Assembly (NCBI GenBank): GCA_011372505.1
Contig: DRSQ01000066.1
Span: 1 to 52,122 of the forward strand
Reading direction: 5' to 3'
Source: Chlorobaculum parvum
GTDB taxonomy: Bacteria > Bacteroidota > Chlorobiia > Chlorobiales > Chlorobiaceae
DNA length: 52,122 nucleotides
Part shown: positions 25,968-35,549 of the stretch, in pieces
Position numbering within the stretch: the first letter of the stretch is position 1
Layout: every line of letters starts with the position of its first letter
Position numbers and translations under genes: made by a program
The notes under the pieces: generated by a model
What the model saw: only the letters and a program-made list of their open reading frames with translations
Database searches by the model: none
What the model was told of the DNA's origin: nothing

Positions 25968-26308
25968 TGTATTCTCTCCTTTGTTTGGACGTATTTTCAG
26001 GTTGAAGAAACCGAAAAAACCGGTGATACACCCCCACGGTAAGCGGCCACTTGTCTGTCACAGATACATTTCCGCTGGCTGACACGACATGGAGAAATTC
26101 CCGGAAAAAACAGTTTTGCAGGTCATCTCAGAGAAAAAACTCCCCTGCAACAGTAGCAAATAAAATAAGAAAATTTATTTAATAGTAAAGTTTTTTGCCC
26201 CCTGCATCACCTTCTGGCAGAGGTATGCGACGCCCTCTTTTTACTTTCGGGCGGACTGCCGGGAGATCGGGCATCGCCGTCAACATTTCAGCAAAACAAA
26301 GCATCCGG

Positions 26309-27112
26309 ATGAACATCATGCAGATCGAATTTACCAAAATGTCGGGAGCCGGCAACGACTTCATCATCATCGACAACAGAAAGAATCAGTTCAACCTCCA
26401 ACCGGAACAGGTGCATGCAATGTGCACCCGGCGAACCGGTATCGGCGCTGACGGGCTGATTCTCATCGAACCCTCCGACAGCACCGACTTCAGAATGAAC
26501 TACCACAACGCTGACGGGTATCCTGGCACGATGTGCGGTAATGGCGGCCGCTGCGCGGTCTATTTTGCCCATCTCATCGGCATCCTCCCGGCAGCAACTC
26601 GCTACCGCTTCGAGGCAGGTCCCGGGACGTATGAGGCAGAGGTAACTGGCGATGAATCGGTGAAACTCCACATGCTTCCGCCGTCAGGCTTCAGGGACGA
26701 CCTGCACGCGGGCGCATGGAACTGCCATTTTGTTGATACCGGCTCGCCACACGCCATCGCTTATGTCGAAGACCTCGACAAGATGGATGTCTTCACCGAA
26801 GGCAGTTCCATCCGGAACAACAAGAAGGTTTTCCCGGAAGGGACCAATGTCAACTTTCTTGAAATCACCTCGCCCGATGCACTCAGCATCAGGACGTTCG
26901 AGCGGGGCGTCGAGGACGAAACCCTCGCCTGTGGTACCGGCACGGTTGCCGCAGCGCTGATGAGTTACCGGCTCGGCAAGGTCGCATCCTCGCCGGTCAG
27001 GGTGACGGTGAGAAGCGGCGAAACGCTGATGGTCGGCTTCAATGATGCGATGGACAAGATTTATCTCGAAGGGCCAGCCCGTCCGGTCTATCGGGGAACT
27101 ATCACCCTGTAA
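26309..27112 (+). CDS. dapF: Diaminopimelate epimerase
   Basis: FTKMSGAGNDF, MCGNGGRC, ERGVEDETLACGTG; start 26309 or 26318. Confidence 0.97.
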   Translation: MNIMQIEFTKMSGAGNDFIIIDNRKNQFNLQPEQVHAMCTRRTGIGADGLILIEPSDSTDFRMNYHNADGYPGTMCGNGGRCAVYFAHLIGILPAATRYRFEAGPGTYEAEVTGDESVKLHMLPPSGFRDDLHAGAWNCHFVDTGSPHAIAYVEDLDKMDVFTEGSSIRNNKKVFPEGTNVNFLEITSPDALSIRTFERGVEDETLACGTGTVAAALMSYRLGKVASSPVRVTVRSGETLMVGFNDAMDKIYLEGPARPVYRGTITL

Positions 27113-27182
27113 GTCCGCTTTATAATTAGTTTGTCGTAGCAGGGTCAACAGCCCTGATCTGAAAGCCTGAAGTCGATGAGCC

Positions 27183-28187
27183 ATGCATACGGCAAGCTTC
27201 TATCATACAGCCCCGGACGGAGTGCTTCAGTGTGACCTCTGCCGTCACTACTGCCGCATCCGTCCGGGCAGGAGCGGCCTGTGCAGGGTGAGGAAAAACA
27301 TCGACGGTCGCCTGGTCACGCTCACCTATGGCAGGGCGCTGTCGCAGTCAGCTGATCCGGTGGAGAAAAAGCCGCTCTACCACTTTATGCCGGGCACGGC
27401 AACCTGGTCGTTCGGTATGGCGGGCTGCAACTTCACCTGTGCCAACTGCCAGAACTGGCAGATCAGCCAGGCGCTCCCGGACAAAGAAGTCGCGCCGATC
27501 ATCCCTCCCGAAGAGATCGTGCAGAACGCCATCCAAGCCGGATGCCCATCAATCTCCTGCACCTACACCGAGCCGACCATCTTTGCCGAATATGCGCTCG
27601 ACGTCATGAAGCTCGCCAAAGAGAGCGGCCTCAAAACGATCTGGGTGAGCAACGGCTACCTGTCGCCTCTCTGCCTCGACACCATTCAACCTTGGCTCGA
27701 TGCAATCAACGTCGATCTCAAATCGATGGATGACGCCTTTTACCGTCGCCTCTGCGGCGCACGCCTCGCGCCGGTGCTCGACAGCCTGCGCCAAATTCGC
27801 AAAAGCGGCATCCATCTCGAAATCACCACGCTCGTCATCCCCGGCCATTCAGACGATCCGGCCATGCTCGAAAACCTTGCAGACTTCATCGCTGACGAAC
27901 TCGGTAGCGAGACACCCTGGCACCTTATCCCGTTTTACCCGGAGATTTCATGGAAGATGCACGAAACACCGGCCACCGAACCGTCAGCGCTTGAAACTGC
28001 TTGGCAGATCGGGCGGAATGCCGGGCTGCAACACGTGTACTCAGCATCTCACAACGACACGCTCTGCACGCACTGCGGCGCAACGCTCGTTGCACGCGAG
28101 CGACAATTCATCGGCGCAAACGTCGAACGATTCGACGCTGGAGGCCGCTGCCCATCCTGCAACCAGCCATCGCCTGTAAAAAACTAA
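27183..28187 (+). CDS. amrS: AmmeMemoRadiSam system radical SAM enzyme
   Basis: N-terminal CDLCRHYC...GLC, DPVEKKPLYHF, GCNFTCANCQNWQISQ, TYTEP, C-terminal CxxC pairs. Confidence 0.93.
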   Translation: MHTASFYHTAPDGVLQCDLCRHYCRIRPGRSGLCRVRKNIDGRLVTLTYGRALSQSADPVEKKPLYHFMPGTATWSFGMAGCNFTCANCQNWQISQALPDKEVAPIIPPEEIVQNAIQAGCPSISCTYTEPTIFAEYALDVMKLAKESGLKTIWVSNGYLSPLCLDTIQPWLDAINVDLKSMDDAFYRRLCGARLAPVLDSLRQIRKSGIHLEITTLVIPGHSDDPAMLENLADFIADELGSETPWHLIPFYPEISWKMHETPATEPSALETAWQIGRNAGLQHVYSASHNDTLCTHCGATLVARERQFIGANVERFDAGGRCPSCNQPSPVKN

Positions 28188-29051
28188 ATGATGGCAATGC
28201 AGCAAAACATCAGGAACCCAGCTGTTGCAGGCGCTTTTTATCCGGCTGATCCCTCTGAACTCAACACTCTGCTTGCAGAGCTTTTTGAGAAAACAAGCCA
28301 GCCATCGAGCCAACCCACCCCCAAAGCCTTCATCGTCCCGCACGCAGGCTACCGGTTCAGCGGACAGGTTGCCGCTCAGGCGTTTCGCACGCTGGAGGGG
28401 CGGCGCATCCGAACCGCGGTGCTGCTCGGCAATGCCCATGCCGCGCTGTTCGACGGCATCGCCATCGATCCGCACGACGGCTGGCGCACACCGCTGGGCA
28501 CCGTACCGTTGGACGAAATGGTGCGAACCCGGCTGATCGAACTTGATCCGACACTGTATCATCAATCTGACATCGCCCACCGGCGCGACCACGTGCTGGA
28601 AGTGCAGCTTCCGCTGCTCCAGCACGCACTGCCTCCCGGTTTCAAAATCCTGCCCTTGCTCTTCGGCCAGAACCCGGCGGGCACGTACCGGCAATGCGCC
28701 GAAGCTCTCCTGCCGCTCCTCTCGAACGACGACCTGCTCATAGCCAGCTCAGACCTGTCGCACTACCCGACCTACCACGATGCACAAGCCATTGACCCCC
28801 AAACCCTCGAACACATGGTCAGGCTGGACATTCAAGGACTCGAACAGCACGAAAAGAAGGTCATACGGTGCGAAATCCCCAGCCTTGAAACCCTTTTCTG
28901 CGGCACGGATGCGATCAAAACCGTCCTCGAAATCGGCCGCAGGCTCGGCTGGAAAAGCGAGCTGCTCGACTACCGGAACAGTGGCGATGCCGACCACGCA
29001 TCCCGGGAGGCCGTAGTCGGTTATGGCGCGGTCATGTTCACCGCACCCTGA
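28188..29051 (+). CDS. amrB: AmmeMemoRadiSam system protein B (MEMO1 family)
   Basis: RNPAVAGAFYP, PHAGY, HVLEVQLP, SSDLSHY, YRNSGD, VVGY. Confidence 0.93.
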   Translation: MMAMQQNIRNPAVAGAFYPADPSELNTLLAELFEKTSQPSSQPTPKAFIVPHAGYRFSGQVAAQAFRTLEGRRIRTAVLLGNAHAALFDGIAIDPHDGWRTPLGTVPLDEMVRTRLIELDPTLYHQSDIAHRRDHVLEVQLPLLQHALPPGFKILPLLFGQNPAGTYRQCAEALLPLLSNDDLLIASSDLSHYPTYHDAQAIDPQTLEHMVRLDIQGLEQHEKKVIRCEIPSLETLFCGTDAIKTVLEIGRRLGWKSELLDYRNSGDADHASREAVVGYGAVMFTAP

Positions 29052-29069
29052 CCATTGCACCGCGTCAAA

Positions 29070-29729
29070 TTATGCGACCCGACCTTTAGCCTTATTCTGC
29101 TTCAACCATGCAATCAGGTCTTCGATAGCCAGCACAGGAAAACCGTGGCGTTCCGAAAAACCGGCAGCCTCTTCAAGGGTAGCCATCGTTCCATCGGAAT
29201 TGGTCAGTTCACAGAGCACGCCGCAAGGCTTCAGGCCTGCGAGCCTCATAAGATCCACCGTAGCCTCGGTATGGCCAGGGCGTTCCAGCACTCCGCCGAG
29301 GCGCGCTTTCAGAGGGAAAACATGACCCGGACGACGCAGATCGCAAGGCCGGACACCATCGGCCACAGCGGTATGAACGGTACATACCCGATCGGCAGCC
29401 GACACGCCCGTCGTAACCCCTTCGGCAGCTTCGATGGAAACGGTAAAGGCGGTCTGATAGCCGCTGGTATTGCGCTCCACCATCATCGGCAGGTCGAGTG
29501 CGCTGACTCGCTCCTCCGTCATGCATAAGCAGACAATGCCACTGCACTCGCGGATGAGCAAAGCCATCTGAGGAATGGTGATGGATTGTGCAGGAAAGAT
29601 CAGATCGACCTCATTTTCACGGTCGAAGGCATCGGCGACAAGAACACCATGCCCACGGCGCAAGGCATCAAGGCCTTGTTCAACACGTTCAATCGGATCG
29701 CTGGAGCTGTTTAGGAGGGACTGATTCAT
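29070..29729 (-). CDS. ribB: 3,4-dihydroxy-2-butanone 4-phosphate synthase (stand-alone)
   Basis: [34 protein letters not shown]; start MNQSLL at 29729. Confidence 0.96.
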   Translation of the reverse strand: MNQSLLNSSSDPIERVEQGLDALRRGHGVLVADAFDRENEVDLIFPAQSITIPQMALLIRECSGIVCLCMTEERVSALDLPMMVERNTSGYQTAFTVSIEAAEGVTTGVSAADRVCTVHTAVADGVRPCDLRRPGHVFPLKARLGGVLERPGHTEATVDLMRLAGLKPCGVLCELTNSDGTMATLEEAAGFSERHGFPVLAIEDLIAWLKQNKAKGRVA

Positions 29730-29793
29730 GGTTAGCTGGCTAATTATTGCAAAAAGCATGAATCAGGGCCAAGGAGACGCAGAAACGCCTCGT

Positions 29794-29940
29794 CGTTCTC
29801 TTTCATCCGGACTGTAACCGTCGGCTCTGGATTTTCACCAGATCTGCTGACCCTTCGCCACAAGCAAAGGCGCTCGCGGGCTCACCGGTTCATAGCCGGA
29901 ATACCGCCGGTAGGGATTTCCACCCCGCCCTGAGAATGCG
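29794..29940 (-). promoter_or_regulatory. FMN riboswitch (RFN element)
   Basis: Minus strand TTCTCAGGGCGGGGTGGAAATCCCTACCGGCGGTA...AGCCCGCGAGCG...CAGATCTGGTGAAAATCCAGAGCCGACGGTTACAGTCCGGATGAAAGAGAA, upstream of ribB. Confidence 0.97.
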
Positions 29941-30183
29941 TTTCCGGACCTCCCGGAAACAAGCCAAAGATAGCAAGAGCGTTGCAGGCCTCAAAAATAA
30001 TCGTCTCAGAAAGCTGTTTCTTGAGTACGGAACGACATGGTGAACTTTTTATAACGATCGTGACCTTACTTGGTTATTGATTAACGCCATGCCTTGGCAG
30101 AAGAGCGTTTTTCGATGTTAATCCGAAGTACAAGAAAGTTTTTGTGAACCCCCCATAACTTTTCATTCAAAAGGAGACGAGAT

Positions 30184-30345
30184 ATGCAGAAATACGTATG
30201 TGTGCCTTGCGGCTATGTTTACGACCCCGCAGAGGGTGATCCGAACAACGGTATCGATCCGGGAACAGCCTTCGAAGATCTTCCAGAAGACTGGGTCTGC
30301 CCGGTCTGCGGCGTGGACAAATCCTTGTTCGAGCCTGAGTCCTGA
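30184..30345 (+). CDS. rub: Rubredoxin (53 aa)
   Basis: Hand translation [53 protein letters not shown]; AAGGAG RBS; below the ORF-track cutoff. Confidence 0.97.
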   Translation: MQKYVCVPCGYVYDPAEGDPNNGIDPGTAFEDLPEDWVCPVCGVDKSLFEPES

Positions 30346-30368
30346 AAAAAACTTCGCCTTGTTGATCG

Positions 30369-30409
30369 AGCCAGTCCGGTAGACACTCAGTCTCCGGACT
30401 GGCTTTTTT
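30369..30409 (+). terminator. Terminator after rubredoxin, overlapping the mtgA 3' end
   Basis: agccagtccgg...ccggactggc-T6. Confidence 0.8.
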
Positions 30410-31271
30410 GTTCGTCATTTGTGGGCGCCAGCTCTTTTTCAGCACCATCACCACTCTTCTCTGCGGTACTATCCGCCTGCAACGCCGCATCGATAAGTCC
30501 TTCCGGAATACCGACAACCACCGAATCGGGCTGAGCGCTCCCGGTTGTATCGGATTCGCTGATCACCTCGCGATAATCGGGCACGACAAGCCCTCGTCTC
30601 ATCATGATGCCCTGAATCACCCTGGCGCGCTTTTCGACAAAACGGGACGTTCCATTCGGTTTGAACCTTATCGGGTTGGGCAGCACAGCGGCCAGCCGCG
30701 CAGCCTGATTTGCAGTGAGCTGTGAAGCGCTGATGCCGTAATAGTGTTTCGCGGCCGCTTCGATACCAAAAATCCCGTCTCCCCACTCAACAATGTTGAT
30801 GTAAAGTTCGAGAATGCGCCGCTTGGAGAGCGTGCGTTCGAGACGCCAGGTCAGGATAGCCTCCTGGAGTTTTCTGACCGGATTTTTCGATGGCGACAGG
30901 TAGAGATTCTTGGCCAGTTGCTGGCTGATGGTACTCGCACCGAACCTGAACTCCCGCGCTTCGATATCTTTTTCGACAGCGCTCCGGATAGCCTCGTAAT
31001 CAAATCCTTCATGATGCCAGAACTTGTCATCCTCGGCAATGAGTACCGCTTTGACAAGCATTGGCGAAACCCGGCTCAACGGCACCCAGCGCTGCGTAAT
31101 GGTGCGATCAATGCCATCACGCCGCCACTGGGCCTTTCGAGACTTGATAAACACCGTGGTTTCGGGATTGACGGTCTTCAATTCAGCAACATTCGGCGCG
31201 ACGAGGTACCGGCCCACATCAACCAGCAGAACGAACAGGATGAACAGGAACAGATTTCTGAGCAATTTCAT
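30387..31271 (-). CDS. mtgA: Monofunctional peptidoglycan transglycosylase
   Basis: AEDDKFWHHEGFD, GASTISQQLAKNL, RKLQE, KRRILELYIN; ATG at 31271. Confidence 0.95.
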   Translation of the reverse strand: MKLLRNLFLFILFVLLVDVGRYLVAPNVAELKTVNPETTVFIKSRKAQWRRDGIDRTITQRWVPLSRVSPMLVKAVLIAEDDKFWHHEGFDYEAIRSAVEKDIEAREFRFGASTISQQLAKNLYLSPSKNPVRKLQEAILTWRLERTLSKRRILELYINIVEWGDGIFGIEAAAKHYYGISASQLTANQAARLAAVLPNPIRFKPNGTSRFVEKRARVIQGIMMRRGLVVPDYREVISESDTTGSAQPDSVVVGIPEGLIDAALQADSTAEKSGDGAEKELAPTNDEQKSQSGD

Positions 31272-31462
31272 GAGGGTGAAGTGAACGGTTCCGGAAAGAC
31301 CTTTGGTCCAACTCGACGGCATCTTCAAGTATAAAGATTTACAACGCTTCGTAAAATATGATGCAGCTCGTTGATTCCCTGACTGGCTTTTCCGTTTTTT
31401 AGCTACTTTTATATTCGTACGAAAGGCTGACGAATTTTCGAAACCATGAAATGCGATGAACC

Positions 31463-31852
31463 ATGAACAAGATTAACGACATGCTTACCAAAGCGAAAGT
31501 GCTTGCCCTGTCGGGCCTGATGCTCTGGGGCTTTTCTTCGACAGCGTCTGCCGCCGTGGACGGCAAGGCGGTCTTCGACAGGAGTTGCAGTGTCTGCCAC
31601 TCGATTACGCCGCCACCAAAATCAGCACCGCCCATTCTCCCCATCTCAGCCAGGTATCACCAGCAATTTTCATCGAGAAACGAGGGCATAAAGCAGATGG
31701 CTGAGTTCATCAAAGCCCCCAGCAAAGAGAAGGTGCTTGCCGACCAGCAAGCCATCACCCGTTTCGGCCTGATGCCAGCCATCCCCCTCAGCGCTGAAGA
31801 GCTGGCGGCTGTGTCTGCATGGGTATGGGATCAGTACTCCGGCGGGCAATGA
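31463..31852 (+). CDS. Periplasmic monoheme c-type cytochrome (possibly truncated by an in-frame TGA)
   Basis: Signal peptide ending ASA, CSVCH heme motif, distal Met in FGLMP; start 31463 or 31481. Confidence 0.9.
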   Translation: MNKINDMLTKAKVLALSGLMLWGFSSTASAAVDGKAVFDRSCSVCHSITPPPKSAPPILPISARYHQQFSSRNEGIKQMAEFIKAPSKEKVLADQQAITRFGLMPAIPLSAEELAAVSAWVWDQYSGGQ

Positions 31853-31933
31853 GGCCCCGGCAAGGGTCAGGGCAGAGGAACTGGACAGGGCGGCTGCTAC
31901 CAGCAATAAGCACTTCGCATTCGAACAGACGAT

Positions 31934-31969
31934 AAAAAAAGCAGCAGGGAAAACCCTGCTGCTTTTTTT
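31934..31969. terminator. Bidirectional terminator between cytochrome c and tRNA-Arg
   Basis: A7-gcagcaggg-aaaa-ccctgctgc-T7. Confidence 0.92.
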
Positions 31970-32004
31970 CCGCCGGAGCGGACTCGTATGAGTGGTATGA
32001 GGAG

Positions 32005-32077
32005 TACCCTTGGGCAGACTCGAACTGCCGACCAACAGTTTAGGAAACTGGTGCTCTATCCACTGAGCTACAAGGGT
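32005..32077 (-). tRNA. tRNA-Arg (CCT)
   Basis: ACCCTTG acceptor, anticodon loop TTCCTAA, GGCAG-TTCGAGT-CTGCC T arm. Confidence 0.95.
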
Positions 32078-32097
32078 AAAAATTCGCTCTGGCCGGT

Positions 32098-32126
32098 AAT
32101 GTACAAACTATTTTTTCAGGAAACAA
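32098..32126 (-). promoter_or_regulatory. Putative promoter of tRNA-Arg
   Basis: TTGTTT-N17-TACATT about 20 nt upstream of the tRNA. Confidence 0.5.
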
Positions 32127-32242
32127 GATCACTTCTCAAGGCTCACAGGAACTCTTGTTCTTCTTTATCTGCTTCCACCGCTGTCCAGCACAAGGCCACG
32201 GCACGCTGTGGCTTTGCAATTTCTCTCCATTATCAATTGCCC

Positions 32243-34123
32243 CTACGTTCTTCCGAACATGCGATCGAGTTCGCCGAGTGAGAGACGGATAATCACCGGC
32301 CTGCCGTGCGGACAGACGTAGGGCATTCGGGTAGCGAAGAGGCGGTCGATGAGCATTCGCATCTGTTCGAGATCGAGCTTCTGGCCGGTCATGATGGCAT
32401 TGCGGCAGGAGTACGATTTGGCGAGGTTGTCGCGCTTTTCGAGCTTCAGCTTCGATGCGTTCTCCTGATATTCGGCGATCATGTCCTGCAAGATCGTGGC
32501 CTCGGAACCGTCGCGCACATCAGGCGGCACGCCCTCGATCATCACGCTGTGGCCACCGAAAGGGCGAATCGTAAAGCCCAAGCGATACAGCTCTTCGGCA
32601 ATCTCTTCGTACACCTCGTACTGCCACGGCTTGAGGTCGATCTTCTGCGGAAAAAGCAGTTGCTGGGAATTGGGCACCGCCTCGTTCATCACGTCGATGG
32701 CGCGCTCGTACAGCACCCGCTCGTGCGCCACGTGCTGGTCGATCATCATCAGGCCGGTCTTGATCTGGCAGATAATGTACTTGTTATGCAACTGCCAGAT
32801 TTTCGGCTCCTTGTCCGGCGCAACGGGATTCTGCTCGTCACCCTCCGACGGCTGATCGGCGGACGGCGTCAGAAGCGACTCCTGCACCATCGACGAGGCT
32901 GGCGCTGCGGCGCCGGATGCGAAAGGCGATTCGCCTGGTTCAAGTACTGGCGGCGGCACGGAGGAACCGGAGAGATCGAACGCCCCCTGCCGGTAATTCC
33001 GGTACAGGTCGCCAGTGGTCGAGGATTTGCCTGAAAAACCCGAGTACGTGAGCTTGCGCGAGCTACTCTCCGGCAGCGCGGATTCAGGCGATTCGACCAC
33101 TTCCGGCAAAGGCGCGGCGGTCGCCTCGGGCGAAAAGTCAGCCGTCCGGACAGCCCGCTTGACCACCGGATAGACCATGCTGCGAATGCTCTTTTCATCC
33201 TCGAACTTCACCTCCAGCTTGGCCGGATGCACGTTCACATCCACTAGCGACGGATCAAGGCCAAGGAACAGCATCGCGAACGGGGACTGCCGCTCTTCGA
33301 GTAGCTCCGCATAGGCCTGCTGCACCGCCTGCACCAGCATCCGGTTCTGGATGAGGCGGCGGTTGATGAAGAAATACTGGTCGTACTTCTGCCGTACCAT
33401 CATGCCCGGCTTGCCGAGGTAGCCACCGATAGTCATGTAGTCGTTCTCTTCGGTCAGTTCGATCAGGCTCTCACCGAATCCCTCGCCATAAAAGTGGCTC
33501 AGCCGCTCGCGCACATCTGGCGTGCGGAAGTGGAACAGCTCCTCGTCGTCGTTGACCAGACGCCACTCGATTTCGGGATAAGCAAGCACGAACGCCTTGA
33601 CAGTTTCGTGGATGTGCTTGAACTCGGTCGCATTGGATTTGAGGAACTTGCGGCGAGCCGGGACGTTGAAAAAGAGATTGCGCACCGAAATCGAGGTTCC
33701 GGGTTCGCACTGCGTGGGTTGCGGGCCCTCGATCTCACCGCCGTTGCTGATGAGCTGGATACCGACCGGCTCGCTCGCCCGACGGGTCTTCAGCTCGAAG
33801 TGGGAAACCGAGGAAATGCTGGCCAGCGCCTCCCCGCGAAAGCCGAGCGTGCGGAGCGCTTCGAGGTCGTCCACGCCGGAAATCTTGCTGGTGGCGAACC
33901 GCTCCACGCTGAGCAGAGCGTCGTCGCTGTCCATGCCGCAACCGTTATCGACGATCCGGATCAGCTGGCGCCCGGCCTCCTTGACGACAACCGTGATGGC
34001 CGAAGCACCGGAATCAATAGAGTTCTCAAGCAGCTCCTTAACCGCCGAGGCCGGACGCTGCACCACTTCGCCAGCCGAAATTTTATTTGCAACAATATCG
34101 GGAAGTTTCGCAATGGAAGCCAT
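32243..34123 (-). CDS. mutL: DNA mismatch repair endonuclease MutL
   Basis: ISAGEVVQRP, GFRGEAL, DVNVHPAK, DQHVAHER, CPHGRP. Confidence 0.98.
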   Translation of the reverse strand: MASIAKLPDIVANKISAGEVVQRPASAVKELLENSIDSGASAITVVVKEAGRQLIRIVDNGCGMDSDDALLSVERFATSKISGVDDLEALRTLGFRGEALASISSVSHFELKTRRASEPVGIQLISNGGEIEGPQPTQCEPGTSISVRNLFFNVPARRKFLKSNATEFKHIHETVKAFVLAYPEIEWRLVNDDEELFHFRTPDVRERLSHFYGEGFGESLIELTEENDYMTIGGYLGKPGMMVRQKYDQYFFINRRLIQNRMLVQAVQQAYAELLEERQSPFAMLFLGLDPSLVDVNVHPAKLEVKFEDEKSIRSMVYPVVKRAVRTADFSPEATAAPLPEVVESPESALPESSSRKLTYSGFSGKSSTTGDLYRNYRQGAFDLSGSSVPPPVLEPGESPFASGAAAPASSMVQESLLTPSADQPSEGDEQNPVAPDKEPKIWQLHNKYIICQIKTGLMMIDQHVAHERVLYERAIDVMNEAVPNSQQLLFPQKIDLKPWQYEVYEEIAEELYRLGFTIRPFGGHSVMIEGVPPDVRDGSEATILQDMIAEYQENASKLKLEKRDNLAKSYSCRNAIMTGQKLDLEQMRMLIDRLFATRMPYVCPHGRPVIIRLSLGELDRMFGRT

Positions 34124-34273
34124 AGATCAACTCAACACGCAGTTTTCATTGGATAGTCACCTTTTCGTCGCCCCGCTCCGAATTCTCCCCAGAGCATCAG
34201 CGCAAAAATATACACAATTCGGAAGCGCCTGAAAGCGTTCACCCGGAATCCAAACCTGGCGGCAAAGCTGCTG

Positions 34274-35545
34274 TCAGGCGGCTGATGACTTCAGCCTGAC
34301 GAGCAGGCCCCGGAGAGCCGCTTCGCTGAAGCGGGTCTTGTTTTGCTGGCGGTCACCGTGCATCGTGAAGGTCGAAGCCTCGACTGTCACCTCTCCCTCT
34401 CCGGAGCGCGAGGCTACCGCGATGCAGATCGTGCCGACCGGTTTTTCCGGAGTCCCTCCGCCCGGCCCGGCGATGCCAGTGGTGGAGACCGCGATGTCTG
34501 CGCCGCCTCGTTCCAGGCAACCCTGGGCCATCTGCTCGGCCACTGGCTCACTCACCGCACCGTGCTGCTCGATGGTGGCCGGATCGACGCCGAGCTGTGC
34601 GACTTTAGCCTCGTTGCTGTAGGTGACCATCCCTTGAAGGAAGCAGCCCGACGAACCAGCCACATCGGTCAAGCGACTCGCAAGCAGCCCCCCGGTGCAC
34701 GACTCGGCCACAGCCACGGTCATCTTTTTTTCAAGCAACATCTCGACCACCACCTCTTCGAGACGCACATCCCTGACCGCATAGACAAACAAGCGCGCCC
34801 GCTCGACGATCGCCTCGACCACCCGGCGATTCTCCGCATCGACCTGTTCCCGAAGCGTACCCGAGCTGCTCACCATGAGACTGACTCCGGCCGCGTGCGG
34901 CAGGTAGGCGAGCATCGTGCCGGGCGGAAGCTCGTTCTCGACCTGGGCGATCATGCCTGAAAGCTGCGACTCGCCGATGCCCATCGTCATGACGGGGGTG
35001 TGGCGGATGAACGAGCCGGAGAGCGGCGCGAAAAAGGGGATGACCGTGAGCCGCATCATCGCCTCCATCTCGGTCGGCACGCCCGGCATGAGCACCAGAT
35101 GGCGACCCTCGAAGCGGGGTGCGCAATCGACGATCATGCCGGGAGCGGTACCCTTGGTGTTGGGCACCGTGATCGAGCCTTCGATCACCATCGCCTGCGA
35201 CCTCATCGCCTCGGTCACCGGGCGACCCCGGCGGCGAAACAGTTCGGCGATCCGTTCGAAGGAGGGTTCGTCAAACACCAAGCCGCGACCGAACAGCTCC
35301 TGCACGGTTTTGCGCGTCCGGTCGTCGTTGGTCGGGCCGAGGCCGCCGGTCATCAACACCGCCTCCGACTCTTCGAGGGCGGAAATGATCGAGTCGCGAA
35401 TCGATTGCGGGTCGTCCGAGCAGGTGACGATGCGGCTGACCGGAATGCCGATCGTGCCGAGCTGGCGCGCAATAAACGGTGCGTTGGTGTTGACGCGATG
35501 GCCCTTGAGCAGCTCGTCGCCGATGGAAATGATGACCGCCTTCAT
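34274..35545 (-). CDS. cinA: CinA family protein (molybdopterin-binding-like domain plus NMN deamidase PncC)
   Basis: [31 protein letters not shown]; ATG at 35545. Confidence 0.95.
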   Translation of the reverse strand: MKAVIISIGDELLKGHRVNTNAPFIARQLGTIGIPVSRIVTCSDDPQSIRDSIISALEESEAVLMTGGLGPTNDDRTRKTVQELFGRGLVFDEPSFERIAELFRRRGRPVTEAMRSQAMVIEGSITVPNTKGTAPGMIVDCAPRFEGRHLVLMPGVPTEMEAMMRLTVIPFFAPLSGSFIRHTPVMTMGIGESQLSGMIAQVENELPPGTMLAYLPHAAGVSLMVSSSGTLREQVDAENRRVVEAIVERARLFVYAVRDVRLEEVVVEMLLEKKMTVAVAESCTGGLLASRLTDVAGSSGCFLQGMVTYSNEAKVAQLGVDPATIEQHGAVSEPVAEQMAQGCLERGGADIAVSTTGIAGPGGGTPEKPVGTICIAVASRSGEGEVTVEASTFTMHGDRQQNKTRFSEAALRGLLVRLKSSAA

Positions 35546-35549
35546 GCGC

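Noticed and set aside
32005-32077. tRNA-Arg as a possible island integration site
   Set aside because: No integrase and no duplicated tRNA 3' end seen in the window.
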